Shown here piece after piece: positions 1 to 10,395 of a stretch of DNA of 64,000 nt. Source of the DNA: Nitrososphaeria archaeon (GTDB lineage Archaea > Thermoproteota > Nitrososphaeria > JACIWG01); contig CAVVXT010000019.1 in NCBI GenBank assembly GCA_963752255.1, forward strand, positions 192,001 through 256,000. The letters run 5' to 3'. Every line of letters starts with the position of its first letter. Positions within the stretch are counted from its first letter, which is position 1. The notes beneath the pieces were generated by a model. The model had not been told where the DNA came from. It worked only from the letters and a program-made list of their open reading frames with translations, and did not search any database. The position numbers were made by a program, and so were the translations under genes.

Positions 1-81
1 TCGCAAGAGGTTACAAAATTTTCAACTGAGCGCATAAGTTTAATACGCGCGGAAAATAGCCAATGTAGAGTAGTATATCGA

Positions 82-498
82 ATGTCTGCTATAGCGACAA
101 AAAAATTTGCTGAAGAATTGGCAGGTTTGGTTGGCAAAAAAGTTATAATCGAAACCATGGACGGAACAAAGTACAATGGTGATCTTTCAGGAATAAGCGA
201 AAATCTTAACGTGATACTAAGCAATATTGTAGGCGGAAATAATGTTAACAAACTGGTTATTAACGGTAATTTTGTTAAGAGGATAGAATTAACTGAAAAG
301 CTATTTGACTTGAGGGCATTGGCGGTAAAGCTTGAGAAGATCTTTCCTAACAATGTCAGGTTAATGGAAGAACTGGGAGCAATCATGGTAATGGATAAGA
401 TAAAGGTGACGGAAAAGGGCGTGGAAGGAACAGGCCTTGCAACGATTAGGGTAAGAGAAATCTACGAAGACTATTTAAGAGAAACCGCGAAAAGATAA
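82..498 (+). CDS. Lsm/Sm-like protein, SmAP3 type (Sm domain plus C-terminal extension)
   Basis: Sm fold (KVIIETMDG..Y.G.L..NLNVIL..VINGNFV) followed by the C-terminal domain typical of crenarchaeal/thaumarchaeal SmAP3. Confidence 0.85.
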   Translation: MSAIATKKFAEELAGLVGKKVIIETMDGTKYNGDLSGISENLNVILSNIVGGNNVNKLVINGNFVKRIELTEKLFDLRALAVKLEKIFPNNVRLMEELGAIMVMDKIKVTEKGVEGTGLATIRVREIYEDYLRETAKR

Positions 499-505
499 TG
501 ACGTT

Positions 506-2073
506 ATGCCGACCTTTGAGGTAAAGAAGACTGACCTAGCGGGTAGAATAGCTATTCTGAAAACGAGAAATGGCACATTAGAAACGCCTGCCGTACTACC
601 TGTGATCCACCCTTTCAATCAGATTATAAAACCAAAGGATATGAAGGAAATGGGATTCAACGCGTTAATGACAAATTCATACCTTATGCTAAAGAAGAAT
701 AAGGCAACGGGACAATCTTTCGAAGTTCACACGCTCCTAAACTTTGAGAAAACTATTATGACCGACTCGGGCGCATACCAGCTTCTGGAATACGGGGAAA
801 TTGAGGCTACGCCTGAAGAGATAGTAAATTTTGAGAAATCAATAGGAAGCGACATCGGTGTTATACTGGACACACCAACCGGCATTACAAGGGATAAAAT
901 AAAAGCTGAGGACACGGTTAATCGGACAATTGAAGCAGCCAGAAGGTCAGTCCCCCTCTTTGAGAGAGATAAGACTCTTTGGACAGGACCAATTCAAGGA
1001 GGGATCTTTTATGATCTTATAGAACGGAGTGCGAAGGAAATGTCTAAATTTGATTTTGACATCTATGCCCTTGGTAGTCCAACTCAGATAATGGAGCAGT
1101 ACGATTTTGAAGACCTGGTTCGGATGATAATAGCCGCTAAAAATAACATATTTATCGATAAACCATTGCATCTGTTTGGCGCGGGTCATCCTTTAACCCT
1201 ACCAATTGCAGTGGCACTTGGATGCGATCTATTCGATTCCGCTTCGTATATACTTTATGCAAAAGAGGGGCCTATATTACTGAATATGGTACAAGGTATC
1301 TAGAAGACATGGAATATTTGCCATGTGAATGCCGGGTCTGCAGCGGGCACAGCTGTAAAGAAATTTTAGAAAGCGATGAGAAAGTCAGACTTTTAGCCTT
1401 GCACAACCTCTACGCCTTATCAAAAGAAGTTAGGAGCATAAAACAGGCTATTTCAGATGGAAGGCTATGGGAATATGTCGCGGTGAAGAGTAGATCGCAT
1501 CCGAGGACGTGGACCGCATTCAATCTCTTCAAAGATCTCGGCGATTACTTTAAACATGGCACACCGCTTTTCAAGAACCGTGGATTGTACCTCTGCGGAA
1601 CACCGGACCAGTTTAGACCGGAGTCTACTCAGAGTTTTGAACGAATCATTAAACATGTCAAGATTAACAAGAAATTCCTAGTTCTATATCTATCGACATC
1701 AAACGATCACTCTTTCCTTTACAGTTTAAGAAATATGGTTGAACGCAAGATTGGTTCAGGAGTAGACGATATACAGTTCTGTGCCGGAGTATTCCCGATC
1801 GGCATTGTGCCCATAGAATTATGTGATATATACCCCTTCTCTCAATATGAGATATCCCTTCCATTAGATGCTGAAATGAGAAATGAAGCAATCAGAAAGT
1901 TTAAGAGATTCCTTTCAAATTACAAGTTCAAAAAGGCAATTCTCGTGGACCATTCAAATGGAAAATATGACGACATCGTAGAATGGTTCTGTAGGGAAAA
2001 AAGCATCGTAAAAAAGAAGGTGGTAAGTGAAAGGAGAACGGATGATATTATCAGGGAGATGGAAGGCCTATGA
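506..2073 (+). CDS. tgtA: Archaeosine tRNA-guanine transglycosylase (frameshift near 1270, probably a sequencing error)
   Basis: ETPAVLPV, MTDSGAYQ, HLFGAG, DLFDSASY and CECRVC..H Zn motif, split across ORFs 506-1303 and 1222-2073. Confidence 0.9.
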
Positions 2074-2778
2074 GTAGAACGAACCTAAAGCTTTGCCAGC
2101 TCCTTCTTCGCCTACAGACGGCTTAGCTAGCTCTTCCTCTATAGCTTCTGCGCCCTCTATCAGAGGCTTTAAGTCAACCTTTATACCAGAAATTTTTTCT
2201 AGAACGATCAGAGCTTCAGCGCATGCCCTTGGATCTAGGCGATTCTGCGCGGCGAAAGATAAGACTGAGAGTGCAGGAAACCCGACTGCTTCAAAATGGT
2301 TCAACAATATCGCGATTGGTCCAACTATCAGACGGTCATCTTCGAGAGGAAGCGAGTCTTTCAGAGACTTCGGTACAGTTAAATTGCTGGTATGAACGAT
2401 TCTGTGAGTCGTATCATCGGTTTTTAAGGTCGAATCGAGTCCTCCTATCAAAAAAGCTTCTTTGAACTTCGAGGAAACAATCCAGTCAGCCAATTGCATG
2501 AAAAACGTATATTCCCTTTCTCTGGGAGGGGAAACCTCTGCTTTGAAAAAAACAAAATTGTCCTTGCGATAAAGCTCGAATGGGGTTACAATTTTGTCCC
2601 CGTGCGATGTACATATAGGGGGAGAAAAGGCGCTCTCAACAAAGCCTACCCGTTCTGCCTTGAGCTGCTGTATGAGGAACTTTACACTCCAATAGCCGGC
2701 AAAACCTATGCCATGGAAACCAGTTATAAGTGAGCATCCCCGAAATTTTTCTTTACCTGAATAGACTTTGATTACCAT
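2068..2778 (-). CDS. PAC2-family proteasome assembly chaperone
   Basis: ITGFHGIGFAG, IGGLD, IVGPIAILL and DPRA motifs. Confidence 0.85.
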   Translation of the reverse strand: MVIKVYSGKEKFRGCSLITGFHGIGFAGYWSVKFLIQQLKAERVGFVESAFSPPICTSHGDKIVTPFELYRKDNFVFFKAEVSPPREREYTFFMQLADWIVSSKFKEAFLIGGLDSTLKTDDTTHRIVHTSNLTVPKSLKDSLPLEDDRLIVGPIAILLNHFEAVGFPALSVLSFAAQNRLDPRACAEALIVLEKISGIKVDLKPLIEGAEAIEEELAKPSVGEEGAGKALGSFYS

Positions 2779-2841
2779 CGCAAGGGAAATGGTTAAAGAT
2801 GTATAAAATGATGTCTATGTCGATAAAGGTATAATAAATAA

Positions 2842-4101
2842 ATGCGGTTAAAGTTCTTAGGGGGTACTCGACAGGTTGGCAGATCGGGTGTCCTGTTAAA
2901 TGGGGAAAAAACAAGTTTTTTACTAGACTATGGAGTTATGCTCTCTAGAGAAGAGCCGGGCTTTCCGATACATGTTAAGCCAAAGGAATTAAGTGGGGTT
3001 ATTCTTACACACGCTCATTTGGACCACTCTGGTGCAATACCACTACTTTATGTCGATGAAGGTATTCCGTTAATTACTTCAAATATGACTTATGAGCTTT
3101 CGGAGCTTCTTATAGAAGATTTTATAGGCCTTTCTGGTTTCTATTTACCATACGAGTACATAGACCTGTTAAGCATGCGGAAACACTTGAATAAAATACC
3201 ATTCAATAAAGCCATAACCATAAAAGACGCCACAATCGAATTCAAAGAAGCTGGCCATCTGCCAGGAGCTGGAATGGCTCTTGTTAGGATGGACGGAAAA
3301 AAGGTACTCTATACAGGGGACATAAATGCCAGAAAAACAAGCTTACTTAGAGGGGCTGACATAGAACTCGGAGAACTTGATGTGTTGATCACGGAATCCA
3401 CTTACGCCCTTCAGGAGCATCCAAACAGGGAAAAGGTTGAAAAGAGCTTCGTTGAATACGCCCGTTCAATCATAGAAGGGGATGGGACACTTCTGATACC
3501 TGCTTTCGCAGTTGGCAGAGCGCAGGAAATTGCGATGGTATTATATAAAGAGAAGTTCGGTTATGATGTGTATATGGACGGTATGGCTCTGAAAACAAAT
3601 GAAATTCTGTTGAGAAATGGCGAATACGTCAGGGACATACATGAGCTTTCAAAGACACTAAATTGGGTAAAAAGGGTTGAGGGATGGAGGGAGAGGAAAA
3701 GGATAGCCAGAGAAAGATGTGCTATAATATCCCCAGCCGGCATGCTTGTTGGTGGAGCGGCGGCTTTCTACAGTGAAAGAGTTAGCGAAAATCCGAAGAA
3801 CGGCATATCATTTGTATCATATCAGGTTAGAGGAACACCTGGAAGACAGATCCTCGAAAGTAAGGTAGCACTGATCAACGGCAAGCCGCAGAAGATCAAA
3901 GCGGATATCAAGAACTTTAACTTCTCATCGCACAGTGGTAGAAGTGAACTGTTTGATATGCTTAAGAGAGTAAAAGGAAACCCCAAAGTGTTCACAATGC
4001 ACGGTGAAGAAGAGAACTGTATCGGCTTTGCAAAAGATATAAAAGAGAAGTTTGGGCTAGATGCCATCGCACCAAAAACAGGTGGAGAATATGAACTCTA
4101 G
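2842..4101 (+). CDS. Beta-CASP metallo-beta-lactamase ribonuclease (aCPSF2-like)
   Basis: LGGTRQVGRS, THAHLDHSG, AGHLPG, YTGD, AVGRAQE, FSSH, MHGE. Confidence 0.9.
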   Translation: MRLKFLGGTRQVGRSGVLLNGEKTSFLLDYGVMLSREEPGFPIHVKPKELSGVILTHAHLDHSGAIPLLYVDEGIPLITSNMTYELSELLIEDFIGLSGFYLPYEYIDLLSMRKHLNKIPFNKAITIKDATIEFKEAGHLPGAGMALVRMDGKKVLYTGDINARKTSLLRGADIELGELDVLITESTYALQEHPNREKVEKSFVEYARSIIEGDGTLLIPAFAVGRAQEIAMVLYKEKFGYDVYMDGMALKTNEILLRNGEYVRDIHELSKTLNWVKRVEGWRERKRIARERCAIISPAGMLVGGAAAFYSERVSENPKNGISFVSYQVRGTPGRQILESKVALINGKPQKIKADIKNFNFSSHSGRSELFDMLKRVKGNPKVFTMHGEEENCIGFAKDIKEKFGLDAIAPKTGGEYEL

Positions 4102-4636
4102 AGAAAAAATAGCCCTCTATCCGGTTTATAACATGGACTCCTACAAGTATATTACACAGGTCGAAACAGCTGTTAGACTCTACGATAAGGAACCGGATGT
4201 TTCACTTGAAGCCATACCTCTTTCAGCCCAAGAATATGATAGTGCAAGGAGACAGTATAAAGCAGACTTGATCATTGAAAGGATCGCAACCAAACGCGAT
4301 TTGGATAGAAAGGGAAAGGTGCTTGGTTTGACGAACGTAGATATTTCAATGCCCAAAATGAACTTTGTGTACGGTGTAACCAACACCGTTAAGAAAGCTG
4401 CTGTTCTGTCGTTTGCAAGACTAGCAGTTCTGCCAGGAGGAGTACACCTAGGTTTGAAAACAGTCGAAGAAAGGGTCTTTAAAGAAAGCGCCCACGAGGT
4501 CGGACACCTCCTCGGTCTTACACACTGCTTTGAGCCGACATGTATAATGTCGTTTGCGAATTCGATCAAAGAAGTCGACGATAAGCTTCCAACCCTCTGT
4601 AACGCATGCAATGAAAAACTAAAAAACCGAAGGTGA
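4091..4636 (+). CDS. amzA: Archaemetzincin Zn metalloprotease
   Basis: HEVGHLLGLTHC..CIM..LCNAC motif; ATG at 4091 follows a GGAG. Confidence 0.9.
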   Translation: MNSREKIALYPVYNMDSYKYITQVETAVRLYDKEPDVSLEAIPLSAQEYDSARRQYKADLIIERIATKRDLDRKGKVLGLTNVDISMPKMNFVYGVTNTVKKAAVLSFARLAVLPGGVHLGLKTVEERVFKESAHEVGHLLGLTHCFEPTCIMSFANSIKEVDDKLPTLCNACNEKLKNRR

Positions 4637-5458
4637 ATTCTTTTAAAGACTTACTACCAACTCGTACTCCTAGTTCTAATATCAGAATTCTTAACCATAT
4701 TCCTGCTATCATTAAGCAGTAGAATCTTAATAGAACCCTTGATCCCCGAAAGCTCAAACCTTTTTGTTGCCGCAGGCAATACCCTCTACCTGGTCCTAGT
4801 TTCATTAGTGTTTTCATTCCTGTTTGTCTGGATCATTAGAAAGAAAGCCATAAAATTATATTACTTTATTTCGGGCCTAAAAGGTGTACTATGTGGAGCT
4901 CTTTTTTGGGTAACTACTATATTGGTCGCCAATGAAATAACCGACGTTCAGGAATACGTAATTATATTTCTTAGCTTCACGATAATGATAATAGTTGGTG
5001 TATCATCAATAAAAAACTTGACAGTGGTTTCAACACCCTTTTCTATCTGGATGACTGGAGCCAGCGCATTCCTCATCAAAATAATGTTCTCCGATATAGC
5101 TGTGGGAATACTTTTAGTCGGGTTCTCCCTCTTTGACGTCTACGACGTTTTCAAAGGACCCCTTAAGCATCTCGCGCAAACTTCTCAGGATAGAGCTGTA
5201 TCTCCACTTCTTGTCAAAGTTGGAACTATTGAAATCGGCCTCGGGGACCTCCTTTTTTATTCGCTTTCGGTAGGATTAGCTTACAGCGTTGGAGGTACTT
5301 TAGTCGCAATCCTCTCCATTATTACAATAAAAGCCGGAATGTGGATCACTTTGAAGCTTCTTGAGAAGAAGCCGATGCTGCCTGGGCTTCCGGTGCCGGT
5401 TTTACTTTCCGTCTTCGTGACTTTTTTGTCTTCGTTTCTAATTCAGGTCTTTCATTAA
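4633..5458 (+). CDS. Presenilin-family intramembrane aspartyl protease (start uncertain)
   Basis: Multi-TM; FDVYDV, GLGDLLF and LPGLP motifs; the frame stays open upstream of the called 4739 start as far as 4637. Confidence 0.8.
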
Positions 5459-5648
5459 TCTCTTCAACCTTACCCTTGAAATTTGAAAGAAACTTTTCAA
5501 TGGCGTCGAATGGTATCTTGCAAGTATATAGTACCGGCCCTACTCTAGCCTTAACCTTTGCAGACTCATCGCTCCAAACAACAGTGATCTGCCTCACATT
5601 AGAAACAAGTCTACTGAAATCTTTAACATCCTGCATTTCTTTTGGCAT
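5346..5648 (-). CDS. rpl38e: Ribosomal protein eL38-like with C-terminal tail
   Basis: MPKEMQDVKDF...KVKARVGPVLYT resembles eL38 (MP..I..IKDF...KFKVRCSRYLYT). Confidence 0.7.
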   Translation of the reverse strand: MPKEMQDVKDFSRLVSNVRQITVVWSDESAKVKARVGPVLYTCKIPFDAIEKFLSNFKGKVEEINERPELETKTKKSRRRKVKPAPEAQAASASSQEASK

Positions 5649-5695
5649 ATCTTATCCACCTAAACCTTGCTTGCATGTTTATAAAACATTTAGGG

Positions 5696-6248
5696 TTACG
5701 GAAGAAGGACTGCGGCAGAAATTACGGTCGTCCAATAACCATCTTTGTTGCCTTCAGCCGATTGTGTGACGTTCGATGTCTTAACTATCTTACCTGATAT
5801 AAGCCACTGTTCTTTTTGCACATCGTAGCTCTTGTCGGGGTTGAATTCGAGACCCAATGTCGATGCAAGCATATATGCAGCGAGGTCTTCTGCGTATTCA
5901 CCGCTTTTTTCACCTGTCATGCCAAATGAATGGAATTCAGAAAGATAGCCGTACATCTTCTTATCATTTGGGATAGCAGAGCCCACAGACGCTGAAATAA
6001 GGCGGTTAGGTTCGTTAGTCTCGTTTCTACTGATTACGACGAAGATTATTTGACCGGGCGATATGTACTTTAATACTTCCTTTTTAGAAATCCTCCTAGC
6101 CTTAGGAGGTATTATACTGGACACCGAAACCAAGTTACACTGCTGAATGCCTGCATCACGTAAAGCAAGCTCAAAACTTGCCTAGTCTATCCCTGTGTAC
6201 ACCAACCCCATTTGTCAAAAAATACTTTGTTGGAATAAATGTTGACAT
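5696..6248 (-). CDS. pdaD: Pyruvoyl-dependent arginine decarboxylase (+1 frameshift near 6181)
   Basis: [16 protein letters not shown].. / [21 protein letters not shown] / GYLSE / WTTVISAAV. Confidence 0.9.
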
Positions 6249-6344
6249 TTCCTTGTTTTGAGATAAAAAATTGGCGTATTTAAATATAATGTGTAAAAAA
6301 ACAATCTAACTTGAAAATAGAAAAAAAAGGGAAATTACGCCATA

Positions 6345-6686
6345 TTACGGGCTTCCTTGCATCAGCCAAAAAACGTTTCCATCGAGATCGTCTATCTTAG
6401 CATAGGTGCCCCAGTCTTCCTTAGTTACATCTTTACTGAATTTCACATTCTTACTCTTGAGCATTTTGGATTCCTTTGAGATGTCATCGCAGTAGAAAGC
6501 TATCCCTGTGTTACCTGGCTCGAGTTCACCTTGGCAAAGATGCAATTTTGTAGTACAACCCCTTGGCCATACTGTAATCCAATGTTCTTCGATGGAAGAA
6601 CTGAAGCCGAATTTCTCCTTGAACCATTGAGCGGATTTCTTTGCATCCGAAACCATTACCGCAACACTAAGATTTTTCTTTATCAC
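6345..6686 (-). CDS. VOC/glyoxalase family protein
   Basis: AVMVSD..KSAQWF..FGF, IAFYCDDI, WGTYAKIDDLDGN. Confidence 0.85.
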   Translation of the reverse strand: MIKKNLSVAVMVSDAKKSAQWFKEKFGFSSSIEEHWITVWPRGCTTKLHLCQGELEPGNTGIAFYCDDISKESKMLKSKNVKFSKDVTKEDWGTYAKIDDLDGNVFWLMQGSP

Positions 6687-6880
6687 GATTTACCACCATA
6701 AGTAATAATCTTAAGGTATCTTAATAACTTTTATCTTATTACTTTTTAAAATGTTAAAAGGTTGGAATTAAATATTTTGGAAATGAATCAAATGGGAAGA
6801 TAAATTAAGGAGACAGTATCGACAATCTAACAAAAAAATAGATTTAAAGGGTTTTAGGAGCCCAAATCACTAAAAAAGCT

Positions 6881-7858
6881 TTAATCAATACAGGTTTTGA
6901 ATAGATCATTAGGATTGTATGGCAGAAAAAAACCCGAGTTAATTGAAGGATAATGTATCCTGAATGAGCTGCCACAATAGGAGAGAGACAAAGGAGCATC
7001 TATCATTTCATACTTTAATCCGTTAACCAGCATTATCGTCGTAGTCGAACTAGGTAGGTAATCCACAGTAAAACCCGAATTATTAGACGCCAGAGGCGAA
7101 ACAGTCACCAGAGTAGTGTTCACACGGTTATTCATAACTATCATATAGTAAGGAAAGCTACCAATTGTTCCAAACCTATTTTCAATAGTAGCATACGAGT
7201 TAGTAAAGGTCAATCTTCCGAAATCCGCCAAAGTTGAGATTCTATTATTTAAAGTAGGTCTTTCCACTACCCATTCTGCAGAGAGCATAGAAGAATTATA
7301 GAAAAGGTTCTTTTCAAACGTTTCCCCTGTGGTGATATCCTTTAATTGAATTAACCAGCCGTTTGTATTAGGATCAAGCAGTCTTATTGAGGCGGAAATT
7401 TTGTCTCCATCTGATATATTCATTGCAGTAATTGTTCTTGAATAATCGGGTAATACTTCAAACCATGACGAGTAGACTTCACTTCCATCTACGGAATCTT
7501 GTTCAGTGCCCACCTGAATAAGCGTTTCATCTAAAAGTCCACCTATTCCTATCCAAGCAGCACTAAAAGTATTTCCTCGCGAAATTTTAACTTTTGGAAC
7601 CATCCAAGATCCATTTACCCCTGACACTATAGGTTTAGGATTCTTGTAATCCGAAACAACAGCATAGCCACCCCAGTCTAAGCTGGGCAGCTGTCTATTT
7701 GGTATGTTTACAGATGAATTTAGGAAAAGCAAGCTTGAAGATATAATAATGATAATTATCAAAACTATTGATAATCCAACCTTAATAGTTCTGTAACTTC
7801 TTTGACCCTCCTGAAAAACACCTTGTCCTATCATACAAGTCGCAAACATTATTTTCAA
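6881..7858 (-). CDS. Membrane-anchored G1-family glutamic peptidase
   Basis: N-terminal TM, WGGY, AWIGIGG, LIQVGT (catalytic Q), SAEWVVERP (catalytic E); start uncertain. Confidence 0.85.
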   Translation of the reverse strand: MKIMFATCMIGQGVFQEGQRSYRTIKVGLSIVLIIIIIISSSLLFLNSSVNIPNRQLPSLDWGGYAVVSDYKNPKPIVSGVNGSWMVPKVKISRGNTFSAAWIGIGGLLDETLIQVGTEQDSVDGSEVYSSWFEVLPDYSRTITAMNISDGDKISASIRLLDPNTNGWLIQLKDITTGETFEKNLFYNSSMLSAEWVVERPTLNNRISTLADFGRLTFTNSYATIENRFGTIGSFPYYMIVMNNRVNTTLVTVSPLASNNSGFTVDYLPSSTTTIMLVNGLKYEMIDAPLSLSYCGSSFRIHYPSINSGFFLPYNPNDLFKTCID

Positions 7859-8026
7859 TTTATAATCTTTTATATATATTAGATTCCTTCCACATCCATT
7901 CGCCTTTTATTTTTTTTAATTATATTTCTTTTTTTCGTTGTCTTCTGGATTAAGACATCTTTTAAGATTGCAAATATATCGGTCCAAACGATAGACCTAT
8001 ATACATCCGCATTAAATGGCTCTAAC

Positions 8027-8311
8027 ATGGCATTGGATCCTTTAGAGATTGCTGTAATTGTAGGTGCTTTAGCTGTTTTCCTAATCTGGGGGCCGAATAA
8101 AATACCTCAACTCGCACGCTCACTTGGCATGGCTCAGAGGGAGTTTAAGAAAGCCCAATCCGGTGTGGAAGAAGTGGCCAAGAATGTCATGGAAACGAGT
8201 AATTATACCGACGACAAGCTTTTAGAGGTTGCTCACAGTCTAGGAATAAATACCGAGGGAAAAACTAAGGATCAAGTAGCGAATGAAATCGTCGCCAAAA
8301 AGCTGGCCTAG
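8027..8311 (+). CDS. tatA: Twin-arginine translocase TatA
   Basis: TM followed by WGPNKIPQLARSLG...EFKK. Confidence 0.9.
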   Translation: MALDPLEIAVIVGALAVFLIWGPNKIPQLARSLGMAQREFKKAQSGVEEVAKNVMETSNYTDDKLLEVAHSLGINTEGKTKDQVANEIVAKKLA

Positions 8312-8360
8312 ATTTCAGGGTTTATAAAGACTCACCGGCGAGGATAATGTAGGGACCACA

Positions 8361-9266
8361 TTGGAGAATAAGGATAAGAAGCTTACTATTTGGCAACATA
8401 TTGAAGAGTTAAAGCAAAGACTTAAGGTAGTAGCTATTGTACTTGCTGTGAGCACAGCTTTTTTTCTGCTGTTTCCAGCGAATCCTATGGATCTATTAGA
8501 TCTTAAGCTTTTGATGGGTGGATTCTATAGGCCAATGGTATCCTTTATACTAGTTTGGGTACAGGGCTACGTTGCGCCACATGGTCTTCAAATAATAAGC
8601 TTGGAGATTGGAGCCCCCCTTGAGATATATGCGTTTGCATCAGTCCTGCTCGGCCTGCTTGTGAGCTCCCCTGTAATAGGTTATGAAATTTACAAGTTTG
8701 TAGATCCTGCACTGTACCCCAATGAGCGTCAGGCCGTGTACCCCTTTGTGATAGGTTTTACATTACTCTTTACATTAGGCTCCGCCTTTGGGTTGTTTAT
8801 ACTCGCACCATTCGTTGCTTACACTTTGATCTTATTCTCATCATTCGTTGGTTCCCAACCTGTTATCTCTGTATTCGATTTCTATTCTATGATCTTCACC
8901 ACAGTTGGCTTCAGCGGATTCGGCTTTACATTCTCGCTCGTCTTTATACTGTTGGTTAGATTAGGAATACTCAAAACATCAATAGTGACCAAAAACAGGC
9001 GGTACTTCTACCTAGCTGTTTACATAATCACGGCAGTTATTACCCCTGACGGTGGGCCTTTAGCTGATCTTGCTCTCTTCGTCCCGATACTGTTTCTTTG
9101 GGAGATTTCAATAGTAATCGCAAAGAGGTACGAGAAGCAGCGAGAAGCAACGCAGACGGCTGGTGAGACCCCAGCAACTGCGACGACCAACAAGTGTAAA
9201 TTCTGTGGACATGGCCTCGAACCATCCGAGACGTTCTGCCCTAAATGTGGCAAGTCACAACTATAG
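8361..9266 (+). CDS. tatC: Twin-arginine translocase TatC with C-terminal zinc ribbon
   Basis: HIEELKQRL, FVDPALYPNE, AVITPD; ends CKFC..CPKC. Confidence 0.9.
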   Translation: MENKDKKLTIWQHIEELKQRLKVVAIVLAVSTAFFLLFPANPMDLLDLKLLMGGFYRPMVSFILVWVQGYVAPHGLQIISLEIGAPLEIYAFASVLLGLLVSSPVIGYEIYKFVDPALYPNERQAVYPFVIGFTLLFTLGSAFGLFILAPFVAYTLILFSSFVGSQPVISVFDFYSMIFTTVGFSGFGFTFSLVFILLVRLGILKTSIVTKNRRYFYLAVYIITAVITPDGGPLADLALFVPILFLWEISIVIAKRYEKQREATQTAGETPATATTNKCKFCGHGLEPSETFCPKCGKSQL

Positions 9267-9528
9267 TGGTAGCTAGCTTGCGCCCTATTCCCAGAGAAAA
9301 CACTTTACCCGCTGGAATGGCCTCCATTTTTGAACATTCCTTGTACAATCCTGTCCTTCTGTTATATTTCGAACTAAAATGCACCTTTCCCCATAATCTT
9401 TCCTATTTACATCCGTACAAATTTTATGATAAGCCATTGGTAGCAGACGGCTTTCACACGTCTAATCGAAATTAGAGCTAACAATGCTCTATTCAGTGGC
9501 AGCCTAGGTTCGAAAAATCAAAATTTAG

Positions 9529-9602
9529 CGGGCCAGGTCGGACTTGAACCGACGACCTAATCCGTGTGAAGGATTCGTCCTACCAGTCTAGACCACTGGC
9601 CC
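9529..9602 (-). tRNA. tRNA-Val(CAC)
   Basis: GGGCCAG/CUGGCCC acceptor stem, AAUCC-UUCACAC-GGAUU anticodon arm, GGUUCAAGUCC T-arm; CCA not encoded. Confidence 0.92.
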
Positions 9603-9615
9603 AAAACTTCTTATT

Positions 9616-9783
9616 CTACTTCTTTGGCCCAACATGTCTATTCTTTAGTCTAAGGTCTTTTGAACCACACTTTCTGCATCTTTCAGCGCGTATATTGTTC
9701 TTAGACCCGCACTTAAGACATATTCTGAAGAAAAGACGCCTCTTCTGAGCTATCTGTTTTTTGGTAGCATCTGTAATTGGCAT
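9616..9783 (-). CDS. rpl40e: Ribosomal protein eL40 (not in ORF track, 55 aa)
   Basis: Translated by hand: MPITDATKKQIAQKRRLFFRICLKCGSKNNIRAERCRKCGSKDLRLKNRHVGPKK. Confidence 0.95.
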   Translation of the reverse strand: MPITDATKKQIAQKRRLFFRICLKCGSKNNIRAERCRKCGSKDLRLKNRHVGPKK

Positions 9784-10058
9784 ACAGCACCGTCCACTAG
9801 AGGAATAACTTAATACTTTTTATCTTTTCTTATCGGACCCTTATCATATCCGATGAGCTAGAAATACATATGATCGCAGACATCATGTCTAAAGCGCTTA
9901 AATAATAAGCGATGGATTCTCGTTTTGTGCTGCTATATATATTTAATAAAAGACCTTAAAATGCTTTTTCTTGCACATTTTAGTGAAGATAATTTTAAAA
10001 GCATAATGTATATAAGTAAATGATTTACTTTCCTTGCGTTGAACTACGGCGATTCAAA

Positions 10059-10334
10059 ATGTCAGACACTGGTACGGTATTAATAGGCAAAAAGCCAGTA
10101 ATGAACTATGTTTTAGCCTGCTTGACATTGCTCCAAAATGGTTCTTCATCGATAACATTAAAGGCAAGAGGTCGCGCTATCTCCAAAGCGGTCGATACAG
10201 CTCAGATTCTTATGAAGAGATTTGCAACAGAAGTTAAAGTAAAAACCATAGCCATTGATACAGAGCAGGTTAAGAACATCGAAACTGGTACAATGAGCAA
10301 CGTAAGCTCAATACTTATCGAAGTTGGTAAGTAA
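10059..10334 (+). CDS. albA: Alba chromatin protein
   Basis: VLIGKKPVMNYVLA, KARGRAISKAVD, NVSSILIE. Confidence 0.95.
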   Translation: MSDTGTVLIGKKPVMNYVLACLTLLQNGSSSITLKARGRAISKAVDTAQILMKRFATEVKVKTIAIDTEQVKNIETGTMSNVSSILIEVGK

Positions 10335-10336
10335 AT

Positions 10337-10363
10337 TGGGTGGCCAACCCACTTTTTCTTTTT
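10337..10363 (+). terminator. Hairpin plus T-tract after alba
   Basis: TGGGT-GGCCA-ACCCA followed by TTTTTCTTTTT. Confidence 0.5.
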
Positions 10364-10395
10364 GAATCAAAAATTTTATTACCATAACAAAAGTA

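Noticed and set aside
9267-9520. Gap after tatC, including ORF 9245-9475
   Set aside because: No recognisable motif or convincing structure; probably spurious.
9529-9529. G73 discriminator in tRNA-Val
   Set aside because: A single base in error-prone sequence; I cannot judge whether it is normal for this lineage.
9829-9858. 9-bp hairpin between rpl40e and alba as a possible C/D sRNA
   Set aside because: No complete box C and box D pair was found.
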